A DNA stretch of 63,715 bases, filler included, from Octopus bimaculoides (taxonomy: Eukaryota), in assembly GCF_001194135.2 (NCBI RefSeq). It is 5 parts of 4 records of this genome, joined end to end, with 100 filler letters (N's around TTAATTAATTAA, not from the genome) between each part and the next. Parts side by side here need not be neighbours in the genome. Positions count along the whole stretch, not along the records: positions 1 to 21,241 come from NC_068986.1; positions 21,342 to 34,214 come from NC_068986.1; 3 more parts are not named here. The stretch is one strand, 5' to 3'. Positions 13,339 to 27,227 of the stretch are shown piece by piece (the stretch's first letter is position 1; every line of letters starts with the position of its first letter). The notes under the pieces are model-generated. The model was not told the origin of the DNA. It was given only the letters and a program-made list of their open reading frames with translations, and searched no databases. The position numbers were made by a program, and so were the translations under genes.

Positions 13339-15134
13339 CTGAGAAAAATGGTTTCGAGTAGGTGGAAGGGTAAAGATCATATAATTACTGATGCAATATT
13401 GTTTTGACATTGAAAAGATGCCAACATTGAGGGTGGCATCACTTTAACATTTGAAAAGCTAGTATGGAATCCTGGCATAAAGCACTTGGTGGTATCAGCG
13501 ATGATAATGTGACAGCTTACTTACTGATCAACTTAGCTTGTAGATTATATTTTATTTTGTAGTTATATGCGTTCTGCCGCTTCAGCTACAGATGCTGATT
13601 AGATCTTTGTTTTCATGGTTCCATCAAACCCTCATCCATTCTAACATTGAGAAACACAGTTTGCAACCATCCCCCCCCCCAACATCACTCTGAACTGTTT
13701 GCATTCTTACATTCTTTCACATAATTGAATTACTTTCTTTGTTGTCTTGTACGTTAAACTCTCTACACTAGCTGCTACCATCTACTTGCGAATCATGGAG
13801 ATTTCTTTACCCAGCTCTTATTATTCATTCCATTTATATCTTTATACTAATCAGATTATCTTTCCCTTGTGTTTGTTTGTTTGTTTGTATGGTGTGTGTG
13901 TGAGATAGAGAGATCAAGAGATATAGAGAGGTAGTAGTCATAAATTCTTAGCCTCATAGTTCTGTTTATAGCCACTAATTTAACTTGGTATTTATACAGA
14001 TCTAGATAATAATTCACTTGCTAACTGATGATAACTGAAGATAAACCCACAGAGAAGTGCTGTTCACATCTGTAGAATGGTGTTGTTTCTACATACACTA
14101 ATATCATACACCAAATCTAAAAGAAGGGACATTTGACTAATTATTAAAAATTCAATTGCACAAACATGATATAATCATAAGCATACAGATTCCCTTTGTT
14201 CCCCCCCCCCCCTGTTTTCCCTATTCTAACCAACTCAACTTGTTCCAGTCATCTTTTCCCCTCTTGTCACCCTTACAGTATTTTACTGCCCCCCCTCCTG
14301 CACAAAAATATTTTTCTTTCCAATCCTTCCTCCTAATACCTGCAGCCTTCTGAAATTCCCTTCTTTTCCTTGTTTTCCTTCCAGACACAATAGATGTATT
14401 AGCTGAGTTTCAACCACATCAGTAACACCTAGCATGTCTGGTAGGGCCTGCTAAAGTCAAAGAGAACTGCATCTTGTCTTCTGACAATCTCCTTTAAAAA
14501 ATGTTTCTAGTATATTCAATTTATCATTTGAAGTGAGTGAAGTCAGACAAGATTTTAACCGCAGTTCACTTGCCAAAAATTTATTCCAAATTCTGAAGTT
14601 ATGATACAAAAGCTTCCATCCTGAATGAGGCTCTTATTATTGGATATGGAAAAGATATATAGATATAGAAGTTCTGAATCTTGTGCAGCCCTCATCTTTT
14701 GCATTGTTGAAACAGCATCATAGAACTGTAACTTACACATATTTTATAAATATCTGCAGTTGTAGACTGGTGTTGATTGTTTTTCTGTTATCATGTTGAG
14801 TTTGAATCATCATAACATTTTTGCTTTGAACTGAATAGAGTTAGCTGAGGTTATTATGTGAAGGAGACATCCAGAATATTTCTCCAGATTTTACTCTTGC
14901 TTTTTTTGCTTATGGCAGCCCTTCAAAGGTGATGACAATGTCAATCCAAGACATTCATCCTCCTCCACCTCCAGCACATGGTTTTTCGCTCCCACTGCAT
15001 AGCCCCTTGGGCAAGTGTCTTCTACTATTGCTTTGGGTTGACCAAAATCCTCTGAGTAGAATTTTGTCGATGAAAACTACAAAAGGCACATTTGATGAAG
15101 TAAACACTTTGGCGTCAATGGATGATCGCTTTTC

Positions 15135-15224
15135 AAACATCAGTTGATGATGTCTGCTGTTCTCTAATAAAACATCAGTTGGTGATGCCTGCTGTTCGCT
15201 AATGAAACGTCAGTTGATGGTGTC
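15135..15224. repeat. 35-bp tandem repeat x2.6 (aaacatcagttgatgatgtctgctgttctctaata)
   Basis: Direct inspection. Confidence 0.85.
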
Positions 15225-16404
15225 CACCATTTACGGAGTAAAAACTGCAAAATAGGTGTTTGTTGAGTGGGGAGAGCAGAAGGCATGATTATTTAATGAA
15301 AGAAAGACCAAATGTGTTTCCAGTTGGTCTTTCCACTTCCCTGAGTGCACGTCGTTGAAGGTTAATGGTGATTACCTGTCTATATTTTCATGGAAGATAT
15401 TTAAAACGATAGAAACCTCGTGATCCATAAATGCATCATATTATATCTGTATGTATGCAACCGTTAAGTATTGGAATGCATGGGTACATACACACATTTA
15501 TTAAGAATTATATAAGCAAATACTCATATACGTATCGCTCTCCTCACCCCATTTCTGTATATTTTCTCTCTCTCACACACACATACACACTCTCTCTCTC
15601 TCTCACCTTTCAATAGTCCTCCACTAAGATAATGAGTTAGTGTGACAATGAGAAAGTGGTGAGAGAAAAAATTTTTCCAAGCATTGCTACTTTTTTTAAA
15701 ATCATTTTTTTCAAAAATTTTTTTACTCTTATTATTTCAAATTGTGGTCTTGAATACTAATTAATTCCGATATGGATTCCGAGTGACATCTTGACTTTTT
15801 AAAACATGTGAATTAAGCAAAGTAGAAATTGAAGACTTTGAAAATATTTATCGTTTAGACACACACAGTGAAGGCATAGCTATCACAAAACTATTTGACA
15901 GATTATATTTAACAAAGAAATTAAAAAATAGAATAAAATAAAATGACTGACAAATTTGGTAATGCTTATTTTAAATTTTGGTTATTTATGTTTTTTATTT
16001 ATCCATTTATTATTCTTGTTGTTGTTATTGTTAGTATTTTTATTATTGATTATTTTGTTTTTGTGTTCTGGTGTTTTGTGTCTGCAATTTATTACAAATT
16101 AGAAATGAAAAGAGAAGTGTGAAAATTCAATGAGGAATTTTCTGGTTTCCAACTTTACAGATAATATTCTTTGAGAGTAAGAAAAACAAAAACCCTTTGG
16201 AAAAAAAGAAAAAAAAGAAAGAAAAAGCAAAAATTAAATTATCTGTTGTAAATGATTGAAATTTTGTTGTTGAATGAAATGAGATTTAACAAAAGCATTT
16301 GTAATTCTGTCTTCTTTTTCTTAACCAGTCAACATAGATTTCTATGCTGCAAATTGCTCGACAGAAGAAAATTGCTCTCATGATCATGTTTTTAATCAGT
16401 ACAG

Positions 16405-16835
16405 TTAATGCGTGTGTGTGAATACGTGGACATATGCACATGTGTGTGTGTGTGTGTATGTGCATGCATGCATACATGGATGTGTGTGTGTGTGTGTGCG
16501 CATGCATGCATACATGGATGTGTGTGTGTGTGTGCATGCATGCATACATGGATGTGTGTGTGTGTGTGCAAATGCATGCATACATGGATGTGTGTGTGTG
16601 CGCATGCATGCATACATGGATGTGTGTGTGTGTGCATGCATGCATACATGGATGTGTGTGTGTGTGTGTGTGTGTGTGCATACATGGATGTGTGTGTGCG
16701 CATGCNNNNNNNNNNNNNNNNNNNNCATACATGGATGTGTGTGTGCGTGTGTGCGCATGCATGCATACATGGATGTGTGTGTGTGTGTGTGTGTGTGCGC
16801 ATGCATGCATACATGGATGTGTGTGTGTGTGTGTA
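16405..16835. repeat. Composite minisatellite: constant gcatgcatgcatacatggat core plus variable (GT)n, about 11 units
   Basis: Direct inspection; interrupted by a 20-N gap. Confidence 0.9.
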
Positions 16836-17075
16836 TTTAAGGTGGTGGTTATTGATATTTGTCGAGATTTTCAGATCATTATCCTCTTTGTTTCCACTTG
16901 TTAAACAACGAATCAGTCTGAGACCTACGCTTATCTTTAGCATTGATATTATCTGTTTATCTCTGCAACAATGTCTACACATACACGCATTTTTACTCAT
17001 TCACCTGGATGCACAAATTCATTTTCCAAACACACACGCACACATTCTATGAAGCGACTATCGACTTGCTTGCAT

Positions 17076-17118
<43 letters not shown>

Positions 17119-17743
17119 CACGCATAACTCTGTTGAACACATTTTCATTCTTACTTGTGTACACATTTGCTTCATAAATATGCATTACACATAAACGTAA
17201 AGACATTCACATTTTCTCCTCTTACTCTTTTCTACCTCTTTTTCCCAGTCTCTCTCCCTCTTTTGCTCTCTCTCTCCTTACCAACACATCCTGTTTTATT
17301 TTTGCTACTGTGTTAATTCAGATAATTACGTAACGAACCGCTCTTATTCATTCTAGTGCTTGGCCCTGGTTTTGTAGCATTAAGCAAATGACAAGCAAAT
17401 CTGCTTCTGGGAAAGGCTGTTAGTTCACCACAGGTAACCTTCTCAGACTTCAGGTTCTTGTTTGTCTGAGCGATTTTAAACTGGAAGTTGTGAGCTAAAA
17501 GTTGAAAGTGTATCTTCCCCAAACATATAATAGAAGGTCAGCAGTGGATATTGAATTCATAACCTGTGAGCAGGTTACATAATACTGTCTCTTGATTTAC
17601 TGACCTATGTTCTGTTGGACACATATGATACATAAGACTGATAGAATAAGTAACCAGGCTTTAAAAAATCCTTCAAGGCAGTGCCTCAGCTCTGGTTTCA
17701 GTCTAATGATCGAAACAAGTGTAAGATAAAAGATATAGTTTAA

Positions 17744-17966
17744 CCCTTTAGCATTCAGATTAATTTATCAAATGTAATGCCTCTTTATCCACATTTAAAA
17801 AAAAAAATCAGTCATGTATTACCTTGTAGCTTCAAGAGTTTGAGAATGTGACCGGTTATTTTTAGAATGATATTGTGGATAGTAGAGAGAATCTGGATCA
17901 GGTCAGTTTCAGCATAAAACAGGTAGAATATTTGGGCTGGATATAGCTGGATTAAACACTAAAGGG
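17744..17966. mobile_element. piggyBac-type MITE
   Basis: TTAA|CCCTTTAGCATT ... ACACTAAAGGG|TTAA; TTAA TSD and CCC/GGG termini. Confidence 0.8.
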
Positions 17967-20019
17967 TTAAGTAGACATACTTGTTGTTCTTGTTATTTCA
18001 TTTGTAACATTTGTTTACTTTCATCTCATTCCACATGAAAATGTGATTTTGGTGTGATATTGTCATGGAGGTGGTCCCCCAATTGTTATCAAGTTTAGCA
18101 CCTTTTCTTTTTCTTTTTTTTTAAAGTCAAATGATACAGGTTATTACTATTACCATTTAATCCTGAATTAATCCTGACTGAACAAACTCTGAACCAAGGT
18201 ATTTCAATTCTGATCATCTCAGCTTTTTAGGGTTACCTAGAACTATATGATATGTCCTTCTCCACCCCTCCCACTCTTTTTAAAAGAGTGTAGAGTTGAT
18301 TTGAGAGGTACTTGACTGTTGATTCTAGAAGGTCAAATGACTACATAAGAGATCCTCTGTTTTGTATGATCAGTGCTTCCTTTATTGCAAGGTAGTGAAG
18401 ATTGCAACTCTTGTTACAGAATTGGTTATTATTCTTGGCAGAATTGTTAGAGCATTGGTGAAAATTGCTCATTTATTGATAGGTGCAATGATCTGCTATT
18501 CTTTATTAGCACCACCATCATCATCATCATCATTTAATGCCAATGCTGGCATAGATTGGATGGTTTGACAAGGATCCAATGTGTCTAAGGACTGCATCAT
18601 ACTCCAGTGTCTGTTTTCGCATGATTTCTATGGATGGATGCCCTTCCTAATGCCAGCCACTTTACAGTGTGTAGTAGGTGCTTTTTTTCATACCATTAGC
18701 ATCATTGAGGTTACCATGTAGCATTTTAATGGCAACAACTGATTGTACTTTAGTGAAAGCACATAGCCTAGTGGTTAGGGTGTTGTACCCATGATTGCAA
18801 GGTCATGGTTTTGATGTCTGATCTCGGCAGTGCATTGTGGTCTTGAGCAAGACTCTTCATTTTGTGTTGCTGCAGTCCACTCAGCTGTAACTGACTAACG
18901 CTGTGATGGAATGGCTTCTTGTTCAGGAGAAATGTTGTAAAGTGGGTTTCTTAGAAGCCATGAAAACTGGGTAACTGGACCTATGAGGGATGCTGATTGT
19001 TTGTGCTTTAGGGATTCTCTCTATTAGCTTAATATCTACTAGTGACAGCCCTCCATTGGTGAACTGGTGGTAACTAAATTTCCAACTAAAACTTATCATC
19101 TGTTTTTCGTTGGTTAAATATTAAAAACAAAAAAAAAAAAGAGCAGAAACAATTCTTCCTACATTAAAATATTGAAATTACNNNNNNNNNNNNNNNNNNN
19201 NNNNNNNNNNNNNNNNNNNNNNNNNNNNNNNNNNNNNNNNNNNNNNNNNNNNNNNNNNNNNNNNNNNNNNNNNNNNNNNNNNNNNNNNNNNNNNNNNNNN
19301 NNNNNNNNNNNNNNNNNNNNNNNNNNNNNNNNNNNNNNNNNNNNNNNNNNNNNNNNNNNNNNNNNNNNNNNNNNNNNNNNNNNNNNNNNNNNNNNNNNNN
19401 NNNNNNNNNNNNNNNNNNNNNNNNNNNNNNNNNNNNNNNNNNNNNNNNNNNNNNNNNNNNNNNNNNNNNNNNNNNNNNNNNNNNNNNNNNNNNNNNNNNN
19501 NNNNNNNNNNNNNNNNNNNNNNNNNNNNNNNNNNNNNNNNNNNNNNNNNNNNNNNNNNNNNNNNNNNNNNNNNNNNNNNNNNNNNNNNNNNNNNNNNNNN
19601 NNNATTATTATTATTATTTGTGATAGAGCTTCTTCAGCAACAAACAATCTCTTTTTCTCTTCATGTAATTAAATGCATCCATTTTTTTTTTCCTATTTAT
19701 TTAAAAAAAAATTTTTTTCCATGATGTTTTCTGGAGTCTCTGAAAACAAAAACAATAACAAAAAAAAAAAAGAGCAGAAACAATTCTTCCTACATTAAAA
19801 TATTGAAATTACGGTGAAATATTCTATTTTTCAAGATTATATTATATTATAAAATATAATTGTCTGCAGGGCTGTTGTTGCTGAGTGGTTAAAATTCTTG
19901 ACTACTTACTTGCATTTGTAAAAAGGTTCAGAACTAACCAGAATAGTTTCACTCAGCCAGCTGGGTAGCTGGATGAATTATAGGATAAATTACTTCCTCA
20001 CTAGGATTATGCTACCACT

Positions 20020-20110
20020 TTGAATTGTTACCACCTAATTCAACAATCATTGCTCAAGTCTACTGTCAACAATTAGAGCCTTTGAACCAAACTTTGAAGA
20101 GAAAAAAAAG
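20020..20110 (+). mobile_element. mariner transposase fragment
   Basis: LLPPNSTIIAQVYCQQLEPLNQTLKRK, homologous to the 26.7-kb copy. Confidence 0.7.
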
Positions 20111-20850
20111 ACTGTCCCCCCCCCCCCNNNNNNNNNNCCAATTTTGGGCCTTGGGCCTTGTGCCTAGAGTAGAAAAGAATATCTTAATGCAGTTTTCCTG
20201 CTGCCCTAAGGCCAACTCTAATGGCAGTGTCACCACACATTTGCTTAACCTGTTGGAAATGGTAGCCAAATCTCCTGCAAACCACATCCTAACATCTTAG
20301 ATAAAGAAAAAGGACACATCAGATAACATAAGCCCTGATTTATGCCATGCCAAAAAAAAAAAAGAATGTTGGGGTGGTTACAAACAAAGCACTTTTGATC
20401 ATTGACCTGCTTTAAAAAGATATGTAGGTCACAACTTACGATCATAGGTCTGCTGGATCAGAGCCAACCTGGGGCTAAACAGTAACAACAGCTGCTGCAT
20501 ATGCCCCAAGTGCATTAATGTGTTTTGCATGTGCAGTTTATTCACGACTCTCCTAGGAATGCATATTGTAATGCCATTTCCTTTTGTTTTCTTGTATTTA
20601 GGTTGAAATAATGTTGCTTTTACTTTTGGATAATGTTGCTTTTTGGATCTTTTTTTTTTTTTTTTTTTTTTTNNNNNNNNNNTTTTTTTTTTTTTGTTCT
20701 TTTCGTGTTAACTATTCCTTCTGTTCCACTATTAATGGTGTTTGTCTTTTTTTACACTCTGCATTCACATGTACCTTTTATCTCTGAATGTTTGTAGCTT
20801 GATGAATTGTCTGCCTCATTTCAAACAGTGTTTTGCTCAGAAGGGATTGG

Positions 20851-20888
<38 letters not shown>

Positions 20889-21153
20889 CCTTCATCGTCA
20901 TCATCATTATCATCATCATCGTTGTCGTCATCATCATCATCATCAACCACCTCCACCACCACTACTGCACCATGGGTTAGACAGAATACATTGAGGCAGA
21001 TTTTTTTTACAGCTGGATGCCCATTCTATTGCCAACCTTCATCTGTTTCCAGAGAGGGTTATATTTCCTCGACAGCTTAGAAATGAAGGATGTCACTAGT
21101 GTGATGGTGTTGCTCATTTACAGCTATTTTGTAATCACACACACACTTCCATG

Positions 21154-21241
<88 letters not shown>

Positions 21242-21340
21242 NNNNNNNNNNNNNNNNNNNNNNNNNNNNNNNNNNNNNNNNNNNNTTAATTAATTAANNN
21301 NNNNNNNNNNNNNNNNNNNNNNNNNNNNNNNNNNNNNNNN
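21242..21340. other. Assembly gap with TTAATTAATTAA linker (also 34215-34314, 50180-50279, 56581-56680)
   Basis: Four gaps of about 100 nt contain the same 12-mer, which places stop codons in all six frames. This is an assembler spacer, so true gap size is unknown. Confidence 0.95.
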
Positions 21341-21419
21341 NATATATACATATATAAATACATATGCATGCATGAATACATAAATACATATACATACACT
21401 GCTGTGGTATATATATATG

Positions 21420-21790
21420 AGGCGTTTGTGTAAGTTTTATATTCTTTACCAATAATTATATTTTTCTTTGATTTTTCCAGACCATCAAAGAGCTGAAACT
21501 TTATGGAAACAAAATATTAGTTGTGGAAAATTTGGACAAGTAAGAGAAATTATTATACCACTCTAAAAATTGGTAACGTCTTCTTAGCAGCGTATTAATG
21601 CCCATTAAAATATGGTCGATTTTTTCAACTCTAAGTTCCACCATAATTGAATAGCATATGACATAAAGAGCCTCTTCGTGAACATTCAACCAACTAGAAA
21701 TAATAGTTACATCTTAAATCTCATCTCACTACCTTAAAGATGGAATGCATTGAATAATGAAATCGATGTGCACTATTTCTAGGAAAACCC
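21420..21790 (-). mobile_element. Decayed mariner 5' region
   Basis: Mariner-like leader (aatagtgcacatcgatttcatt) and a frameshifted N-terminal HTH region starting MNVHEE. Confidence 0.45.
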
Positions 21791-24700
21791 AAAGAGTTCG
21801 CCATTGTCTGTATGACTTTGGCCATAGACCTTCTCGATTAGGTCCGCCTTAGTGTTAACAGCAACTATAAAAGAGAGAGAAGTGAAACGTCCAGTGAGCT
21901 AATTCACTTCAAAAGGCATGAACATCACAAACTCTCAAAAATAATTCTTAATATCTTATGGCACATCAAAGAAGTTATGAAGAATTTTGTGAATTTTATG
22001 GAAAGACCTTAACAATGCAAAAGCCAGTGTTCATTCGTCTACACTACTACGTAACGATTTGAGAGTACTATCCCTTCTACTCTGTCAAAAACCATTCTTA
22101 AATATCTAGACATATCTGCACTGTTCTAACACGATTTTAAGATAATATCCATTATATTCACTCCATAACCCGCTAAAGTCAAATTTACTTTTCATCTGTA
22201 GACAAACTCGGCCTCTAGGTATGTCTAAAGGCTTTTGAAATATAGCTATAACTGTAATTAATCAAATTCTTTGGAAAATTTAAACGTTTCTGATAGAAGA
22301 GAATTTTGTCTTTACTGTTTTCTGAGTAAGTAATGGGTATGTTTCAGCATTATGAGAACTCTTCAGTGAAGCACTTTCTATTGGGTTGACAAGAAATAGA
22401 TGGTATTGAGATATAAAGAAGTAGAAGAAGCGTAGTGGGGTTAGGGTTAGCGCTTAAGTAAAATGAAGGCAAGCACTTTACGGTAGGATCTCACGTAATA
22501 TGTAATATAGTGAGTCGAAATAGAATTCATTAACCGATATTATCAATTCAGTTAGTACACAAAAAATTCTTGGAAAATTAGAAATAATAATCAAGGGAGA
22601 TAACTCCGATAAAATCATTTAATTGATGCCGATATGAATGAATGGATTTTGTCTTGAAAGCCAAGTGGCGTATGCAACGGATATGTTTCGGCTTTATTTG
22701 GTCTCTTCAGCAAAGTATAACACCTTAGAAGCTTATACTGTTCCATAGAATACAATACAGCATCGTGGAACAATATACAGAGTCCTATAACACCAGAGTA
22801 TAGAGAATAGAATACGACATTATATCGAGTGGTAGGACACCATACAATACCATAAAGTGCCAAGCAATATAGCACTACGTAGGCATATAGAATAAATAAT
22901 AAACCATAATATTATCACACTCACGCACATACAATATCACACGACAGCATTATATTAACGTATCACAATATAGTGAGCCATGCAATATAAAGAGAGAAAG
23001 AGAGAGAGAGAGAGAGAGATGCATACATATATACATGCATGCAGGTGCTATCACACACGGACATTTATATATACATACACACATACACACAGACACCACA
23101 CTCACTTATACCAGATTTCAATGCAGAAACGACATCCATCTGATCAGCAAGCATTTTTTCTTCAACTCTGCAATGTTATAAACAGCAGCAGATGCTTCTC
23201 TCTCTGTCCCTTACACAGTTTCATCTAAATATATGGAAGACTGTCGTCAAATTCAAACTTAGTTGCATACTATCCTCCTTCTTTTTCACAATCCCTGTTG
23301 TGACTCAGCAACTGACATCATGCGATATATTTTCACCAGTATCTTTCATTTCTAATCTTTGAAAGTCCTTCCATCCGCTTGATTTCTTATCCTAGTTTTA
23401 ACATTAAAGAGTTATGATTTAACATTAGCTGCCGTAACCAATCTCAGCTACTGCATGCTCAATGCCTAAGGAAGGATAAGCTTACAGTTAGCAGTCCATC
23501 TTCTGCCTTTCAGACGAGTAATCAAAGGTCTGACAGGGAACAAACACGCAGTGTTAATGTTAGTGAATGTCTGTATGATATATATNNNNNNNNNNNNNNN
23601 NNNNNNNNNNNNNNNNNNNNNNNNNNNNNNNNNNNNNNNNNNNNNNNNNNNNNNNNNNNNNNNNNNNNNNNNNNNNNNNNNNNNNNNNNNNNNNNNNNNN
23701 NNNNNNNNNNNNNNNNNNNNNNNNNNNNNNNNNNNNNNNNNNNNNNNNNNNNNNNNNNNNNNNNNNNNNNNNNNNNNNNNNNNNNNNNNNNNNNNNNNNN
23801 NNNNNNNNNNNNNNNNNNNNNNNNNNNNNNNNNNNNNNNNNNNNNNNNNNNNNNNNNNNNNNNNNNNNNNNNNNNNNNNNNNNNNNNNNNNNNNNNNNNN
23901 NNNNNNNNNNNNNNNNNNNNNNNNNNNNNNNNNNNNNNNNNNNNNNNNNNNNNNNNNNNNNNNNNNNNNNNNNNNNNNNNNNNNNNCTTTGGGCATGTAT
24001 GTATACGTGTGTGTGTAAATGCATGCAAAATTGTAAGTGCGTGCGTGAGCAAACACACATGTGAGCGTGCGCGTGTATTTCGTGTTGGTGGTAGCGAAAT
24101 ACGGAGTTTGTTTGGGAGCACCAGAGCCTGCGTGTGTGTGTGTGCGGGTGTGGGTGTATGTGTGTGTGTGCGGGTGTGTGTGTATGTGTGTGTGTGTGCG
24201 TTTGTGCGTGCGCGCATATAATAGAGCGTCCACTCAACGAGAATGTATGTATGTGGAAAAACACGATCATATATATTCACTGTTTTGCAATGTATGCAAG
24301 AAAGAAAGATCAGATGTGTGTATGTGGGTGGCTTGGATGTAAGACGTTATTTCAAGTTCTTTCATTATAAATAATGTAATGCCGTTAACAAGTAAATAAA
24401 AATAACAATAAGAGCAGGACGACAAAGAAGACTAAGATAACAATTGCCAACATGGTCAATGTTATCTGCGCTTTCTTTGTTGCCAAGCTCCTTTTAATAG
24501 ACCTACATTTATCTAATTCTCCTTTTCAATTTATACAACGTTAATGTATTACTCAAACACACGTCCATATAACATACCTGCTCACATATACAATCGCATA
24601 TTCACGCACAAGCACAATCACACACACACATACAGAGAAACACACATACAGAGAAACACACATACAGATTCACACACACAGATTCACACAGGAATATGAA

Positions 24701-24828
24701 ACTTCTCTTCGAGTAATAATACGCATCAAGTTAAAGTACCATGAGTGGCCGGAAATTTAGTCCGAATTTCAAATCATCTGGTATGGTATTATGCTTCGAA
24801 TGCTATCATTATATTTTGTCGATATATT

Positions 24829-24868
<40 letters not shown>

Positions 24869-26249
24869 GAGAGAGAGAGATAGATAGAGAGAGAGAGAGA
24901 TGGAGATTAATATAGTTCAGTTAATCATTTCTTCCCTTGCCATCACTGTTGAATACAAGTCTTGCTGCATCTCCATACTTCCAGCTTTCTGTGTCTGCTT
25001 CTCCGAATTTCGTAATAATTCAAGTTTTCTCTCACTGGCCGATGTTGGTGATTATATTTGGTTGACGAACAGAATAGTAGGCCTTCTAACGTTAATCCTT
25101 AATGTTTGGGGCTTTGCTCGGATCTTCGTTTAATCCTGCTGATCCAACGAGAACGTTCTTTTAAAGTTATTCTATATTTAATTTTTTAGGCGCAATAAGT
25201 AGGAGATTGCAGTTCTACTGTATTATGGTAACTCATTATACATCAGCAAAGATCGATAAATGATTAAATCGATTGGTACTTTATTTCATCGATCCGTGAA
25301 CAACAAATAGTAATATTCGTTTTAAATTTTGATACAAAGCCAGAAAGTTTGGGGGAAGGGTTTAGTTGATTACATCGACCCCAGTGCTCAACTGGTACTT
25401 ATTTTAGCTGCTCCGAAATTATGAAAGGTAAAGTTGGTCTCGGCAGAATTTGAAATCAGAACTTAGAGGCGGACGAAATGCCGCTAGGTACTTTACGGTT
25501 CTGACAGCTCGCCGCCTTTACAACAGATAGTAATATTGTCATGTGATTTAAAGAGAAAACGTATACGGTGAACACTTGGGTACAGAGGGTATTGCAGTAC
25601 CCTCTCTACCCATGCAGTAGTCAATACCTCTTCAGTCGGTGAATCCCATTCCGTCGCAACACTAGAGCTGCCTGAGGTTCTCCACCGATGTAGGGGACAA
25701 AAATCCCACAAAACAGCGGCATGAGCTTTCTTGAGTAAGACATTGCCACTCAGGAACATATGTTTCTATCCTCCTCAATGCTAATTCTAGCTGCACCACT
25801 CATAACCTCGCGTGAGCTCAATGTAATATGAATTGCTTTCGCAGCGGCTTCTAACAATTTTCAGCAACATTTTTTTCTCTCCTTCGTAGCTACTCCAAGA
25901 CTCCTCCTCATTGAGTGAACTCAGGTTCCAACAAATCCTCTAACACTTATGTCTATAGGAAAACATTGTACTTTTCATCCATTTCTTTCACAGAGTTCAA
26001 CCAGTAATTTCTGTCTTAATTCATGAAAGCGTTTTTGAAAAAGTCAAAAAATAACAAAGGTATTTTGTTCGACGCTCTGCTGATTCTCTCAAACAACCAC
26101 TTTTAATTTGTACAATTATTCACATTAATTATGAATTTCTAAGCTGATATAGGGTGCAGCAAAAAATTTCCCATATTTCGTATGTTTTTTTTTTAGGTGT
26201 TAGTAAGGATAGACAGATCATGATGGTATCTACAAGTATTGTTTTACAC

Positions 26250-26344
26250 ATTCTATCAGTTACCACCATGGATTGTATTGGATTCTATCAGTTACCACCA
26301 TGGATTGTATTGGATTCTATCAGTTACCACCATGGATTGTATTG
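26250..26344. repeat. 32-bp tandem repeat x3 (ttctatcagttaccaccatggattgtattgga)
   Basis: Direct inspection; units essentially identical. Confidence 0.9.
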
Positions 26345-26522
26345 TATATACATTGTATCTTTGCCGTTAAAAAGTTTATCATGAGAGATGTTAAAATGTT
26401 TATCAAGAGAGATGTTTTTCTCTCACCCTATTCAGTCAAATTATTTCGCCACAGATGCCTGATTCATTATAATTATTACTTTCTAATTATGTATCTAGAA
26501 TCTTGCAAAGTCTTTATTATTA

Positions 26523-27227
26523 TCCGGTCATCCCATAAGTTCTGTGCAATTTTACCTTTTTTTTAAAAAAATTGAATGAAATTTAATACTATTTTAGAAT
26601 GTCTAATGGAATCTAAAATTATTTTTATGATTTGTATAAATTTAAACTAATTAAATATTATTTTACAGAATAAAAGAATTAAAATTTCTTTGATTAAAAT
26701 CCTTTCTAACATGGAAGTATCCAAAGAGCATTTGAGGCACATAATGCTTTATGAGTACAAAAAATTCTATTGTCAGCAATTAGAGCGTTTAAACCAAGCT
26801 TTGAAGAAAAAAAGACCCGCTTTAGTGACTCAAAAAGAGGTGATGTTTCATCAAGACAGTGCGCGACCCCACACTGCAAAGATCACATCACAAAAGATCG
26901 AAGATCTTGGTTGGGAAAAAAATTCCTCATCCACTTTATTCTCCCGACCTTGTTCCTTCAGACTACCATTTGTTTCGTAGTTTACAGATTCATTTGGGGG
27001 ACATAGTTTCCGCAAGCCAGGAGGAGGTCGAAACTGACATTTCAGAGCTCTTCGCTTTGAAACCAAAAGAGTTTTACATTGAAGGGATTAAAAAGGTTGT
27101 AAACAGATGGAAGGAAGTCATAGATAATCAGGGAAAGTACATTGATGATTCAATTTCAATTAAATATAACACTTGATCACTTGTTTTCTATATTCAAAGT
27201 TCGGACAGAATGTATGGGATGACCTGA
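26523..27227 (+). mobile_element. mariner transposon, internally deleted (about 705 bp)
   Basis: TA-flanked TIRs (tccggtcatcccataagttctgt / acagaatgtatgggatgacctga). MEVSKEHLRHIMLYEYKK joins directly to YCQQLERLNQAL...HQDSARPHTA...YSPDLVPSDYHLFRSL. Confidence 0.92.

Noticed and set aside
16405-16835. CRISPR-like repeat/spacer appearance
   Set aside because: The spacers are only (GT)n, there are no cas genes, and the context is eukaryotic.
16286-17052. His/Thr- or Cys/Val-rich ORFs (also near 1.5, 52.1, 56.1, 57.9 and 58.7-59.4 kb)
   Set aside because: They are translations of (CA)n, (GT)n, (TAC)n or (TTC)n repeats.
19126-19812. Identical ~50-bp sequence at 19126-19181 and ~19758-19812
   Set aside because: One copy abuts a gap and the match is exact, so it is most likely an unmerged contig overlap.
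21286-21297. TTAATTAATTAA palindrome repeated four times in the window
   Set aside because: It is always embedded in N runs; a six-frame-stop assembly spacer, not biological.
25493-25759. 88-aa minus-strand ORF in GC-richer DNA
   Set aside because: No recognisable motif or splice context; probably decayed repeat.
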